A DNA stretch of 64,000 nt. Source: Pseudomonadota bacterium (GTDB taxonomy: Bacteria; Pseudomonadota; Gammaproteobacteria; UBA9214). Made by a program: the position numbers and the translations under genes. The notes beneath the pieces were generated by a model. The model was not told the DNA's origin. It ran no database searches and saw only the letters and a list, made by a program, of their open reading frames with translations. The stretch spans positions 12,857 to 76,856 of the forward strand of contig JBDLIH010000005.1 of the NCBI GenBank assembly GCA_039714975.1. Reading direction: 5' to 3'. Positions 53,238 through 61,756 of this stretch are shown here, one piece after another. Each line of letters begins with the position of its first letter. Within the stretch, counting starts at the first letter, position 1.

Positions 53238-56030
53238 ATGGGCATTAAACGGCGTGTATTTCTGAAGATGCTGGCCGGGACGACGGTCACGGCGGCCTCC
53301 ATCAAGGCTTTTGGACTGGCTGGTGATAGCCTGAAGGTTGTTAGCGATCCCTATGCCTATCCACCGCAATACCGGGGCTGGGAGGATCTGTACCGTGACG
53401 AATGGACCTGGGACAGTGTGGCGCGCAGCACCCACGGCGTAAACTGCACCGGGTCGTGTTCGTGGAAAGTCTATGTCAAGGACGGCATGATCATGCGCGA
53501 GGAGCAGGCCGCCGACTTCCCCGTGATTGATCCGGCACTGCCCGACCTTAACCCGCGCGGTTGTAACAAGGGCGCCTGTTATACCGCCGAGTATGTCAAT
53601 GGCGACCGGCGCATCAAGTACCCGCTGCGTCGTACCGGCCCGCGTGGCTCCGGGCAATGGGAACGGATTTCCTGGGACACGGCGCTGACCGATATTGCCG
53701 ACCAGGTTATTGCAAATATCCAGGACAGTGGCCCGGATTCGCTTACCTTCTTCTCGCCCATCCCGGCCATGAGCCCGGTCTCCTTTTCGGCAGGTATCCG
53801 TCTGGCACACTTGCTTGGCGGCGTGGCCTGCAGTTTCTATGACTGGTACTGCGACCTGCCTCCCGGTTCGCCCATTACCCTGGGCGAGCAGACCGACGTG
53901 GCCGAGTCCACCGACTGGGTGAATTCCAAATACATGATCCTGTGGGGTTCGAACCCGGTGCAGACGCGCATCCCGGATGCCCACTTTGTTACCGAGGCAA
54001 AATACAACGGGTGCAAGGTACTGGCTATCTATCCTGATTTTGCCTCCAGTTCTATCCGTGCTGATCGCTGGCTGTCCGTTGAACCGGGCACCGATGCGGC
54101 CCTGGCGCTGGCCATCTGCCAGCACCTGATCGCAAGCGGCCAGTACGACGTGGGTTACCTGCAGGAGCAGACCGACATGCCGTTCCTGGTGGACACCGTC
54201 ACCGGCAAGTATCTGCGTGAGGCCGATGTGGTCACCGGTGGTGCTGAAGATCGGTTCTACGTCTGGTCCGGTGGTCAGCCTGAACTGGCACCTGATAGCG
54301 GTCTGGACCTGGGAAATCTCTCGCCAGTGCTCAACGGTGGTAGCTACGACGTCGACACTCTGAGCGGCTCGGTAACCGTAGAGACGGTATTTGACCGCCT
54401 CGCGACGCGCCTGCAAGCGAATGATCCATATGGACTGGTCTCGGCCGAGACCGGCGTAAGCGGCCAGGTTATCAGCGAGATCGCCGATGAAATCGGCGCC
54501 GCCGGTATCAGCAGTGGCGGCCAGGTGATGATTATGCACGGTGCCGGCACCAATCACTGGTACCACAACGACCTCAACAACCGTGCCATGCTGCTGATGC
54601 TGAGCCTGCTCGGTGCCATCGGCAAGAACGGCGGTGGTTTCAACCACTACGTGGGCCAGGAGAAGATCTGGCCGGGTGCTGGTCTAGGGAAGCTGTCATT
54701 CCCGCTGGGCACGGCATTTCAGCGTTTCCAGAACACCACCCTGTGGACCCATGTACATGCCGAACTTGATGATCAACCTGCCGCCGACATGAGTCAGACC
54801 ACCCGTGGTTATATGTTTGACTCGGTGGCCAATGGCTGGATGCCGCTTTACCCCGAAGGGGCGATGGGCAACGACAAGGCCAGCTTCGTAGCCAATGGGG
54901 TTCCGGTGAAGGACCCCAAGATGATGTTCATCTGGCGCGCCAACTGGTTCAACCAGGCCAAGGGCAATAACTACATAGAGGCCAGCCTGTATCCCAAGCT
55001 GAACATGATCGTTGACCTCAACTTCCAGATGGATACCACGGCTTTTTATGCCGACATCGTGCTGCCTTCAGCGAGCCACTACGAGAAGCACGACCTCAAT
55101 ACCACGGACATGCACAGTTTCTGCCATCCGTTCAATCCGGCGATCCCGCCCATGTTTGAATCCAAAACCGACTGGCAGATCTTCCAGGCGCTGGCGGCGA
55201 AGATCGAGGAGCGGGCGGGTGGTCTCACCTACGACGATTCGAAAGCGCCGGGCGGGGAACGTGACCTGTCGACCCTGGCAAGCGATTTTACCAATAATGG
55301 CGCCATTGCGGCGGATATCGATGCCGCCCAGTTGATTCTCGACAATGCCCCGGAGACCGTTGGCATGACCATGGCGGGCATTACGGCACAGCCGCAACGC
55401 TTCAACGCCACCACTAACTGGACCAGCAATATCGAAGAGGGACGGCCCTACACGGCCTTCCTGAAACACACCGAAGGCGATAAGGATCTATACCATACTC
55501 TCACCGGCCGTCAGCAATACCTGATTGAGCACGAGTGGTTCGTGGAGGCCGGTGAGGAACTGCCAACCTATAAACCGCCGGTGTTGGCAGCAGGGGAGGA
55601 GAGCTTCCCGCTGCTCTACAACACCCCGCACGGCCGCTGGGCCATCCATTCGACCTGGCGAAATGCCAAGCAGATGCTGCGCCTCAATCGCGGTGGCCCG
55701 ATCTGCTACATGCATCCCTCGGACATGGCCAGTCGCGGCCTGGTGGATGACGACTGGGTGAAGATGCACAACAACCACGGCCAGGTCATCGTCCGGGTCA
55801 AGGCAATGGAAAGCGAGAAGGCAGGCCGTGTCACCATGTTTCACAGCTGGGAGCGTTACGTCGGTGTGAAGGGGCAGATGGCCAACTTCAACAGCGTGAC
55901 GGGCATCCGTATCAAGCCCACCCAGCTTGCCGGGGGCTACGGTCAACTGAAATTCAAGCTCAACTACTGGGGGCCTACCGGCGTGCAGCGGGATACGCGG
56001 GTTGAAGTGGAGAAATACGTCGAACCCTGA
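53238..56030 (+). CDS. Type II DMSO-reductase-family molybdoenzyme, catalytic alpha subunit (Tat-exported, NarG/EbdA/SerA-like)
   Basis: AGGAGG lies 7 nt before ATG 53238. Tat signal MGIKRRVFLKML. FS0 motif HGVNCTGSCSWKVYVKDG. The NarG-like Mo-ligand region is SFYDWYCDLPPGSPITLGEQTDVAESTDW. Confidence 0.85.
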   Translation: MGIKRRVFLKMLAGTTVTAASIKAFGLAGDSLKVVSDPYAYPPQYRGWEDLYRDEWTWDSVARSTHGVNCTGSCSWKVYVKDGMIMREEQAADFPVIDPALPDLNPRGCNKGACYTAEYVNGDRRIKYPLRRTGPRGSGQWERISWDTALTDIADQVIANIQDSGPDSLTFFSPIPAMSPVSFSAGIRLAHLLGGVACSFYDWYCDLPPGSPITLGEQTDVAESTDWVNSKYMILWGSNPVQTRIPDAHFVTEAKYNGCKVLAIYPDFASSSIRADRWLSVEPGTDAALALAICQHLIASGQYDVGYLQEQTDMPFLVDTVTGKYLREADVVTGGAEDRFYVWSGGQPELAPDSGLDLGNLSPVLNGGSYDVDTLSGSVTVETVFDRLATRLQANDPYGLVSAETGVSGQVISEIADEIGAAGISSGGQVMIMHGAGTNHWYHNDLNNRAMLLMLSLLGAIGKNGGGFNHYVGQEKIWPGAGLGKLSFPLGTAFQRFQNTTLWTHVHAELDDQPAADMSQTTRGYMFDSVANGWMPLYPEGAMGNDKASFVANGVPVKDPKMMFIWRANWFNQAKGNNYIEASLYPKLNMIVDLNFQMDTTAFYADIVLPSASHYEKHDLNTTDMHSFCHPFNPAIPPMFESKTDWQIFQALAAKIEERAGGLTYDDSKAPGGERDLSTLASDFTNNGAIAADIDAAQLILDNAPETVGMTMAGITAQPQRFNATTNWTSNIEEGRPYTAFLKHTEGDKDLYHTLTGRQQYLIEHEWFVEAGEELPTYKPPVLAAGEESFPLLYNTPHGRWAIHSTWRNAKQMLRLNRGGPICYMHPSDMASRGLVDDDWVKMHNNHGQVIVRVKAMESEKAGRVTMFHSWERYVGVKGQMANFNSVTGIRIKPTQLAGGYGQLKFKLNYWGPTGVQRDTRVEVEKYVEP

Positions 56031-56132
56031 GCGGAGCACGTGAATTGAAGTGGAAAAATACAATGGTTAAGCAAATAAACAAGTTAACAGCGTTACCGGG
56101 TAACCGGGTAACCGAGACTGGAGGTACCTGCA

Positions 56133-57149
56133 ATGGCTAAAGGTGGAGGTGGTGGTGGCAATCAGATTGCGATGCTCATCAATCTTGATAAGTGTCTTGG
56201 CTGCCATACGTGTACGGTTGCTTGCAAGAACCTGTGGACCAACAAGGGTGGCCGCGAGTACATGTACTGGAACAACGTTGAATCGCGTCCCGGCGAGGGT
56301 TACCCGAGGAACTGGGAAGGTATGGGCGGTGGCTTCCAGGGCGGTCAACCTGACCCGGGTATCTTCCCGGCAAACAGCGACTACGGCCTGGGCGACCAGG
56401 GTCAGATCGTCGATTTCGATTATCCGACACGCCTGGGTCATGATCCGGACAACGTGACCCCGAATCCCGGTATCGTCGATGCCGACCCGCAACCGGAGTG
56501 GCTGTCCAACTGGGACGAGGAGCAGGGTGACGGTACGTTCCCGAACAGCTACTACTTCTATCTGCCGCGTATGTGCAATCATTGCGATCGGCCCGCGTGT
56601 CTGGAGTCCTGTCCGCGCAAGGCCATCTACAAGCGCGAGGAGGACGGCATCGTGCTGGTGGACCAGGATCGCTGCCGCGGCTACCGCCAGTGCGTGCGCA
56701 CCTGCCCCTACAAGAAAGTCTTCTTCAACAGCGAGACGCTGAAATCGGAGAAGTGCATCTTCTGCTACCCGCGTATCGAAGCTGGCGAGGCCACCGCCTG
56801 TGCGGTGCAATGCCCCGGCCGCGTCCGCCATGTGGGTTTCGTGAGCGACGCTTCCTCGGATGTCTACAGGCTGGCCAAGGACCTGAAGGTGGCCCTGCCG
56901 CTGCATCCGGAGTACGAGACCGGACCCAACGTCTACTATATACCGCCCTTCTCGGGGCCTTCACAGGTCGATTCGAACGGAAATCTGATAAACGTGGAAC
57001 GGATACCGGTGGCCTACCTGCGCTTCCTGTTTGGCGATGAAGTCGATGCGGCCATCGCCACCCTGCGAGACGCCAGGGCTAACGGCGACCCGGACGGCAT
57101 CCTTGCCATCCTGAATTCCAATAATCGTTACGACATACCGCAACCGTAG
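56133..57149 (+). CDS. Molybdoenzyme beta subunit (NarH/EbdB-like, four Fe-S clusters)
   Basis: CLGCHTCTVACK, CNHCDRPACLESCP, CRGYRQCVRTCPY and CIFCYPRIEAGEATACAVQCP. Confidence 0.9.
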   Translation: MAKGGGGGGNQIAMLINLDKCLGCHTCTVACKNLWTNKGGREYMYWNNVESRPGEGYPRNWEGMGGGFQGGQPDPGIFPANSDYGLGDQGQIVDFDYPTRLGHDPDNVTPNPGIVDADPQPEWLSNWDEEQGDGTFPNSYYFYLPRMCNHCDRPACLESCPRKAIYKREEDGIVLVDQDRCRGYRQCVRTCPYKKVFFNSETLKSEKCIFCYPRIEAGEATACAVQCPGRVRHVGFVSDASSDVYRLAKDLKVALPLHPEYETGPNVYYIPPFSGPSQVDSNGNLINVERIPVAYLRFLFGDEVDAAIATLRDARANGDPDGILAILNSNNRYDIPQP

Positions 57150-57159
57150 GGGGCTAGTC

Positions 57160-58392
57160 ATGAAAACGTCTATGATGAAACACAACTGGTTACGCCTCCT
57201 TTGCATCCTCGTGTGTCTCTCGTTCACCGCGGGCATGAGCGCCGGCGCCTTTGCGGCCCCTCCGGATCGAGACGGCGATGGTTACGATAAGCGATCCGAC
57301 TGCGACGACAATAATGCCGCCGTCAATCCGGGCGCAACAGAAGGCCCGTTTGGTGACGCGACCTGTTCCGATACCTGGGACAACGACTGCAATGGATTGA
57401 CCGATGGAGACGATCCGCAATGTCAGGGCGGTGTCACATGCACCGACAACGACCTGGATGGTTACGGCAGTCCGGGCGATCCCTCCTGTCCGAACGGCGG
57501 AGCCACGGACTGCGACGACAATAATGCTGCCGTCAACCCGGACGCGACGGAAGGCCCGTTTGGTGACCCAACCTGTACAGATACCTGGGACAACAACTGT
57601 AACGGATTGACCGACGTTGATGACCTGAGTTGCCAGCTTGTCGACGAGGTCTGCAATGATGGCTTCGACAACGACGGTGATGGCAATATTGACTGCGCCG
57701 ATTCGGACTGTGCCGGCGAATCTGCCTGCACCGCGGGCAATAAGCTGACGGTCAACCGAGTTACCGGCACCGTGCTGGGCATCGGGCCGGATGACGGTCT
57801 GTGGAACGCCACCGCAGCGACCAGCTACAACCTGGCCTGGCGCGACGATATCAATGATACCTGTCCGCCGGAGCAAAGCTGCAGTGGTAACCAGCCGAGC
57901 TTGACGGTCAAGGCCATCCACAACGGCACCGACATCGCCTTCCTGATGTCCTGGACCGATGTCGACCAGAGCAGCGAGGTCTATCAGCCGTCGGAATTCG
58001 GCGACCGCGCCGTGATCATGCTCAACGCCAACCGCATTTGCCAGATGGGCAGTCCGACCAATCCGACCAATATGTGGTTCTGGAATGCGGCGGACAAGAC
58101 CCAGGAGACCGAGGGATCATATGGCAGCGTGCAGAACCTGCTCGGGGGTGGGATCGGCACTATCACCCATACCGATGGCGACGACAACATCCAGGCAGTC
58201 AGCAGCTACGCGGGAGGCATGTGGCAGGTGGTAATGAGTCGTCCGCTGGCCGCGATTGATCCGCTTGATCAGTTCGAGTTTACTCTTGGTGTGACCACCG
58301 ATGTGTCCTATGCCGTGTATGATGGAGCGTTCAAGCAGCGCAACGGGTCCAAGTGGATCAGCGGCCGGGAAGCGATAAACATCGCACCTTGA
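57160..58392 (+). CDS. Molybdoenzyme gamma subunit (EbdC/DdhC/SerC-like heme-b domain) with N-terminal Cys/Asp-rich repeat extension
   Basis: Sec signal ...GMSAGAFAAPP. Residues ~35-200 hold three DxDxDG...CDDNNAAVNPxATEGPFGDxTCxDTWDNxCNGLTD-type repeats. The C-terminal ~210 aa is EB_dh-like (LTVKAIHNGTDIAFLMSWTD, FGDRAVIMLN, MWFWNA, GMWQVVMSRPL). Confidence 0.75.
   Translation: MKTSMMKHNWLRLLCILVCLSFTAGMSAGAFAAPPDRDGDGYDKRSDCDDNNAAVNPGATEGPFGDATCSDTWDNDCNGLTDGDDPQCQGGVTCTDNDLDGYGSPGDPSCPNGGATDCDDNNAAVNPDATEGPFGDPTCTDTWDNNCNGLTDVDDLSCQLVDEVCNDGFDNDGDGNIDCADSDCAGESACTAGNKLTVNRVTGTVLGIGPDDGLWNATAATSYNLAWRDDINDTCPPEQSCSGNQPSLTVKAIHNGTDIAFLMSWTDVDQSSEVYQPSEFGDRAVIMLNANRICQMGSPTNPTNMWFWNAADKTQETEGSYGSVQNLLGGGIGTITHTDGDDNIQAVSSYAGGMWQVVMSRPLAAIDPLDQFEFTLGVTTDVSYAVYDGAFKQRNGSKWISGREAINIAP
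57298..57414 (+). repeat. Intragenic direct repeat, copy 1 (~117 bp)
   Basis: gactgcgacgacaataatgccgccgtcaatccg...acctgggacaacgactgcaatggattgaccgat.... By eye it is highly similar to 57508-57624, offset by 210 bp (70 codons). Confidence 0.85.
57508..57624 (+). repeat. Intragenic direct repeat, copy 2 (~117 bp)
   Basis: gactgcgacgacaataatgctgccgtcaacccg...acctgggacaacaactgtaacggattgaccgac.... Confidence 0.85.
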
Positions 58393-58402
58393 TTGCCGGG
58401 CA

Positions 58403-59092
58403 ATGACTACAGAAGCAAAGGAGAACAACATGTCGGGACAAGCTGCACTGGAAATGACGAAGCTCACGGACGAGGATCTTGTCGATGTTAACCGCAGTCG
58501 GCTGTACAAGCTGCTTGCCCTGGGGTTCGGGTTTCCGTGCAAGGATTTGCATGATGCACAGGCCGAACTCCGGGAAATCGCGGCAGCGCTGTATCCCGAT
58601 CTGGAACTGAACCGGGAAGATGTGAACCTGCTGGCCCCGGAAATCGAGTCGTTGTACATCAATGTGCTCGATGGGCATAACCAGAAAAAGGCCTGCAGGC
58701 CCTACGAAACTGCCTGGCGAGAGGGCGAACGGTCCATGCAGCAGTGGGAAGTGAAGAAGTTATACCAGATATTCGGTCTGGAGCTGAACAAGGAAACCAA
58801 CGAGTTGCCGGACCATATCGTGAACGAACTGGAGTTCATGCATTTCCTCAGTCATCAGGCAGTGGAGGCCAGCAGGGGGCTGCTGGGTGATGGCGACAGC
58901 CGCAAGCAGTATGTGCATGCGCAGAAGGACTTTCTGGAGCGGCACCTCAGTCTGTGGGTGCCAAAATTCTGCAAGGCACTGCAGGAAAAGATTGACGAAC
59001 CGTTCTACATGAATCTCGCAGCCCTCACGGAACAGTTTGTCACGGATGACCTCGAGTGGGTGCAGGAGCAGTACGAGGCCGAGAACGGCTAG
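58403..59092 (+). CDS. TorD/NarJ/EbdD-family molybdoenzyme maturation chaperone
   Basis: RSRLYKLLALGFGFP and ELPDHIVNELEFMHFL. Its position is directly after the structural genes. Confidence 0.8.
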   Translation: MTTEAKENNMSGQAALEMTKLTDEDLVDVNRSRLYKLLALGFGFPCKDLHDAQAELREIAAALYPDLELNREDVNLLAPEIESLYINVLDGHNQKKACRPYETAWREGERSMQQWEVKKLYQIFGLELNKETNELPDHIVNELEFMHFLSHQAVEASRGLLGDGDSRKQYVHAQKDFLERHLSLWVPKFCKALQEKIDEPFYMNLAALTEQFVTDDLEWVQEQYEAENG

Positions 59093-59113
59093 CCGCGACT
59101 TCCATTTACTGCC

Positions 59114-60109
59114 ATGCCTAACCTTGTTGATTCGTTCGGGCGCTGCATCGATTACCTGCGGATTTCAGTTACCGACCGTTGTAATTACCACTGCTTCTAC
59201 TGCCGGCCGGCCGGTGCGGTGGTCGATGGCAGCCATCATGACTTTCTCAGGCATGAGGAAATAGCTCGCCTGGTCCGCCTGTTTTCCGAACTGGGTGTGA
59301 GCAAGGTGCGGCTCACCGGTGGTGAACCGCTGCTGCGGCGCAATCTTGCAGGGTTGGCGACCATGATCACCGGCCTGCCGGGGATTGCCGATCTTTCCCT
59401 GTCCACCAACGGCCATTTGCTCGAACGTTTCGCGGCACCGCTGCAAGCGGCGGGGATAGGGCGCGTCAATATCTCCCTGGATTCCCTGGATCAGGATAAT
59501 TTCTCGGCCATTACCTGTGGTGGCGATCTCGACTGCGTCATCAAGGGAATCGAGGCCGCTCAGGCAGCCGGTATGACACCGATAAAGATCAACATGGTGG
59601 TCATGAAGGGGGTCAATGAACACGAGATCGATAGCATGCTGGACTTCGCGCTGGAGCGGGGTCTGGAGCTGCGTTTTATTGAAACCATGCCGGTGGGAAC
59701 GGCCGGTGCCGGTAACATGGTCCATTATTATCCGGCTGCCCGGATTCTCGAGCATATTCGCGCGCATTACGGTTCCCGGCTTGTTCCCGTGCAGGGACAA
59801 CGCGGGCCGGGACCCGCACGTTACTATCAGGCCGGCGACAGTGATGTAAAGGTCGGGGTGATATCCGCGGTATCCAGGCATTTCTGCGAGAGCTGTAATC
59901 GCGTGCGCCTGACAGCGCGCGGCGATCTGGTGCTTTGTCTGGGTCACGAGGACCGGGTTTCATTGCGCAGTGCGCTGCGTGACGGGCGTTCCGATGCCGG
60001 GATCAAGCAGGACATCCTGGCAGCCATCGCGAGAAAACCGGAACACCATGATTTCAGCAGTAAGGCTGACCAGCCGGTTACCGCTCAAATGGTCACCCTG
60101 GGTGGATGA
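59114..60109 (+). CDS. moaA: GTP 3',8-cyclase MoaA (molybdenum cofactor biosynthesis)
   Basis: Radical-SAM CNYHCFYC and LTGGEPLLR. The C-terminal cluster is CESCNRVRLTARGDLVLCL. Confidence 0.9.
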   Translation: MPNLVDSFGRCIDYLRISVTDRCNYHCFYCRPAGAVVDGSHHDFLRHEEIARLVRLFSELGVSKVRLTGGEPLLRRNLAGLATMITGLPGIADLSLSTNGHLLERFAAPLQAAGIGRVNISLDSLDQDNFSAITCGGDLDCVIKGIEAAQAAGMTPIKINMVVMKGVNEHEIDSMLDFALERGLELRFIETMPVGTAGAGNMVHYYPAARILEHIRAHYGSRLVPVQGQRGPGPARYYQAGDSDVKVGVISAVSRHFCESCNRVRLTARGDLVLCLGHEDRVSLRSALRDGRSDAGIKQDILAAIARKPEHHDFSSKADQPVTAQMVTLGG

Positions 60110-60174
60110 AGCCCGGGCGGCACGATGACAACGGGTTCGAGCGTGAAGATAAAAAAGGCAGGAAACTGATTGGG

Positions 60175-60801
60175 ATGTCAGAGCACGGTGAGACAGGCAG
60201 GGTTCAGCCACTGACAGCAGCGCTGTTCAGTCTCATATTCGTGTGCGCATGCGTTCCTGTTTCCGCTGATGAATCGGTCGAGGCCGCCCGGGCGGCGGCT
60301 CACGCCGCCGAGGCAGCCAGAGAGGGAACCGGGATTCCTGCGCTTCCGGAGAAACAGATGGCTGCCTACCTGGATGGCCGGGCGATGTGGATGGCCAGTG
60401 TGGCAGAGCTGAATCATTATCCCGACCCGCGGCAGGTACTGGAACTCGCAGCGAAGCTTGAACTCTCCGCGGAACAGCAACAGGCCACCATGAAGCTTTA
60501 TGATGAAACACGCCCGGAGGCAATCCGTCTTGGCAAACAACTGGTAGAACAGGAGCAGAGACTTAACCGGGTCTTTGCATGGGGACAGGCATCAGGAAAA
60601 AATATCAGGCAAGTCGTGACTGACATCGGCGCACTTAAGGCAAAACTCAGATTAACGCATCTGCTGGCCCACATTAGTACAAGAGAACTGCTCACGGAAG
60701 ATCAGGTCAAGCGCTATGATGAACTTCAGGGCTATGGCGAAACAACCGGGGAGAGCGGTAACAGGATGGGCTGCAATGCCATGCATCATCACGGGCGCTG
60801 A
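60175..60801 (+). CDS. Periplasmic CpxP/Spy/ZraP-like protein with His-rich C-terminus
   Basis: Signal peptide ...LFSLIFVCACVPVSA. LTxxQ-type helices (LSAEQQQATMKLYDE, LTEDQVKRYDEL). The C-terminus is ...CNAMHHHGR. The start could instead be ATG 60106 (ATGA-coupled to moaA). Confidence 0.6.
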   Translation: MSEHGETGRVQPLTAALFSLIFVCACVPVSADESVEAARAAAHAAEAAREGTGIPALPEKQMAAYLDGRAMWMASVAELNHYPDPRQVLELAAKLELSAEQQQATMKLYDETRPEAIRLGKQLVEQEQRLNRVFAWGQASGKNIRQVVTDIGALKAKLRLTHLLAHISTRELLTEDQVKRYDELQGYGETTGESGNRMGCNAMHHHGR

Positions 60802-61622
60802 GAGGGTTTATTGTCCGAAGGTTGCTGCTCCAGCGCCTGTTTGATAGCACTATTGAACACGTTTACTGGTTGTGCACCAATAACGACCTTCCCGGTAATC
60901 TTCTTGCTGTCCGATTTCCCGATAATAAAGCTGGGTGTACCTGTCAATTTCACACCCCTGGCGTCTTGTGCATCCTTGTCGATTGCGTCGAGATGCCGGT
61001 CGCTGTTCAGGCAAGCATTGAAGGCTTCAACGTCCAGTGACAGCTCTTGGGCATAACCGGGCAGGTGTTGCACACCAATTGCTTTCGGGTTCTCGAACAG
61101 CGTTTCACGCATTTCCCAGAACTTGCCCTGGTCGCCCGCGCACAGCGCGCCCTGGGCTGCCTTGCGCGCGTCCTTGTGGAATGCCAGCGGCAGATTGAGG
61201 GCGACCCAGCGCACCTTGCCGGTATCGATGTAGTTTTTCTTTAAATGGGGGAACGTGGTCTTGCTGAAGCGCAGGCAAAACGGGCACTGGTAATCGGCGA
61301 ATTCCACCACGGTGACAGGGGCATCCGCGGAACCCATGGTTGGCCGACCCTCGATGTTCATCGTGGCGACCGTCGGTTTGGAAGGCCGCTTGGCGGTGCG
61401 TCCACCCTGTTTCTCAATCTTCTCCAGCACCTGTCTGATCGCCTTGAGTTCAAGCAGGATGGCATCCATCTTCACGTCGGGGTTAGTAGCCGAATCCACG
61501 GCTTCCTCCGTCATGGCTGCCGGTGACGTCAGCAGGGCAACAGCGGTCAGTGCCAGCGGAATACAGGTTTTAAACAACCGGGAAAGTCGATTGTTAGCGT
61601 TCGTGAAGTTTTGAATAGCCAT
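60789..61622 (-). CDS. DsbA-family thiol:disulfide oxidoreductase
   Basis: Signal peptide and thioredoxin-fold FADYQCPFCLRF. The 3' end overlaps the convergent gene by 13 nt. Confidence 0.8.
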   Translation of the reverse strand: MAIQNFTNANNRLSRLFKTCIPLALTAVALLTSPAAMTEEAVDSATNPDVKMDAILLELKAIRQVLEKIEKQGGRTAKRPSKPTVATMNIEGRPTMGSADAPVTVVEFADYQCPFCLRFSKTTFPHLKKNYIDTGKVRWVALNLPLAFHKDARKAAQGALCAGDQGKFWEMRETLFENPKAIGVQHLPGYAQELSLDVEAFNACLNSDRHLDAIDKDAQDARGVKLTGTPSFIIGKSDSKKITGKVVIGAQPVNVFNSAIKQALEQQPSDNKPSQRP

Positions 61623-61642
61623 GCTTAGTATCGTTATCTGTT

Positions 61643-61720
61643 ATGTCAATCATGTCAATCATGCCAATTATGTCATAAGTATAACCCGACATTATGTTAT
61701 ACTCACTGACAGTATTGACA
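61643..61720. promoter_or_regulatory. 9-bp-periodic ATGTCAATC iterons and TGACA pair upstream of the sigma-54 activator gene, site D
   Basis: ATGTCAATC ATGTCAATC ATGCCAATT ATGTCATAA (61643-61678), then TGACA at 61707 and 61716, again 9 bp apart. Confidence 0.6.
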
Positions 61721-61756
61721 GCAGACATGCAACACTACTGATTCCGTGGGGGCATC

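Noticed and set aside
53202-54647. 481-aa minus-strand ORF inside the molybdoenzyme alpha gene. Similar long shadow ORFs are at 25208-26212, 43450-44418, 46591-47454, 56067-56906, 57190-57921 and 59165-59947.
   Set aside because: Each lies antisense or out of frame within a gene that has strong family motifs on the other strand or frame. Their translations are R/G/A/H/P-rich and low-complexity with no recognisable motifs, which is typical of GC-rich shadow ORFs.
61643-61678. Short direct repeats considered as a possible CRISPR or minisatellite.
   Set aside because: The repeat unit is only 9 bp, there are no spacers and no cas genes. The tract is better explained as regulatory iterons.
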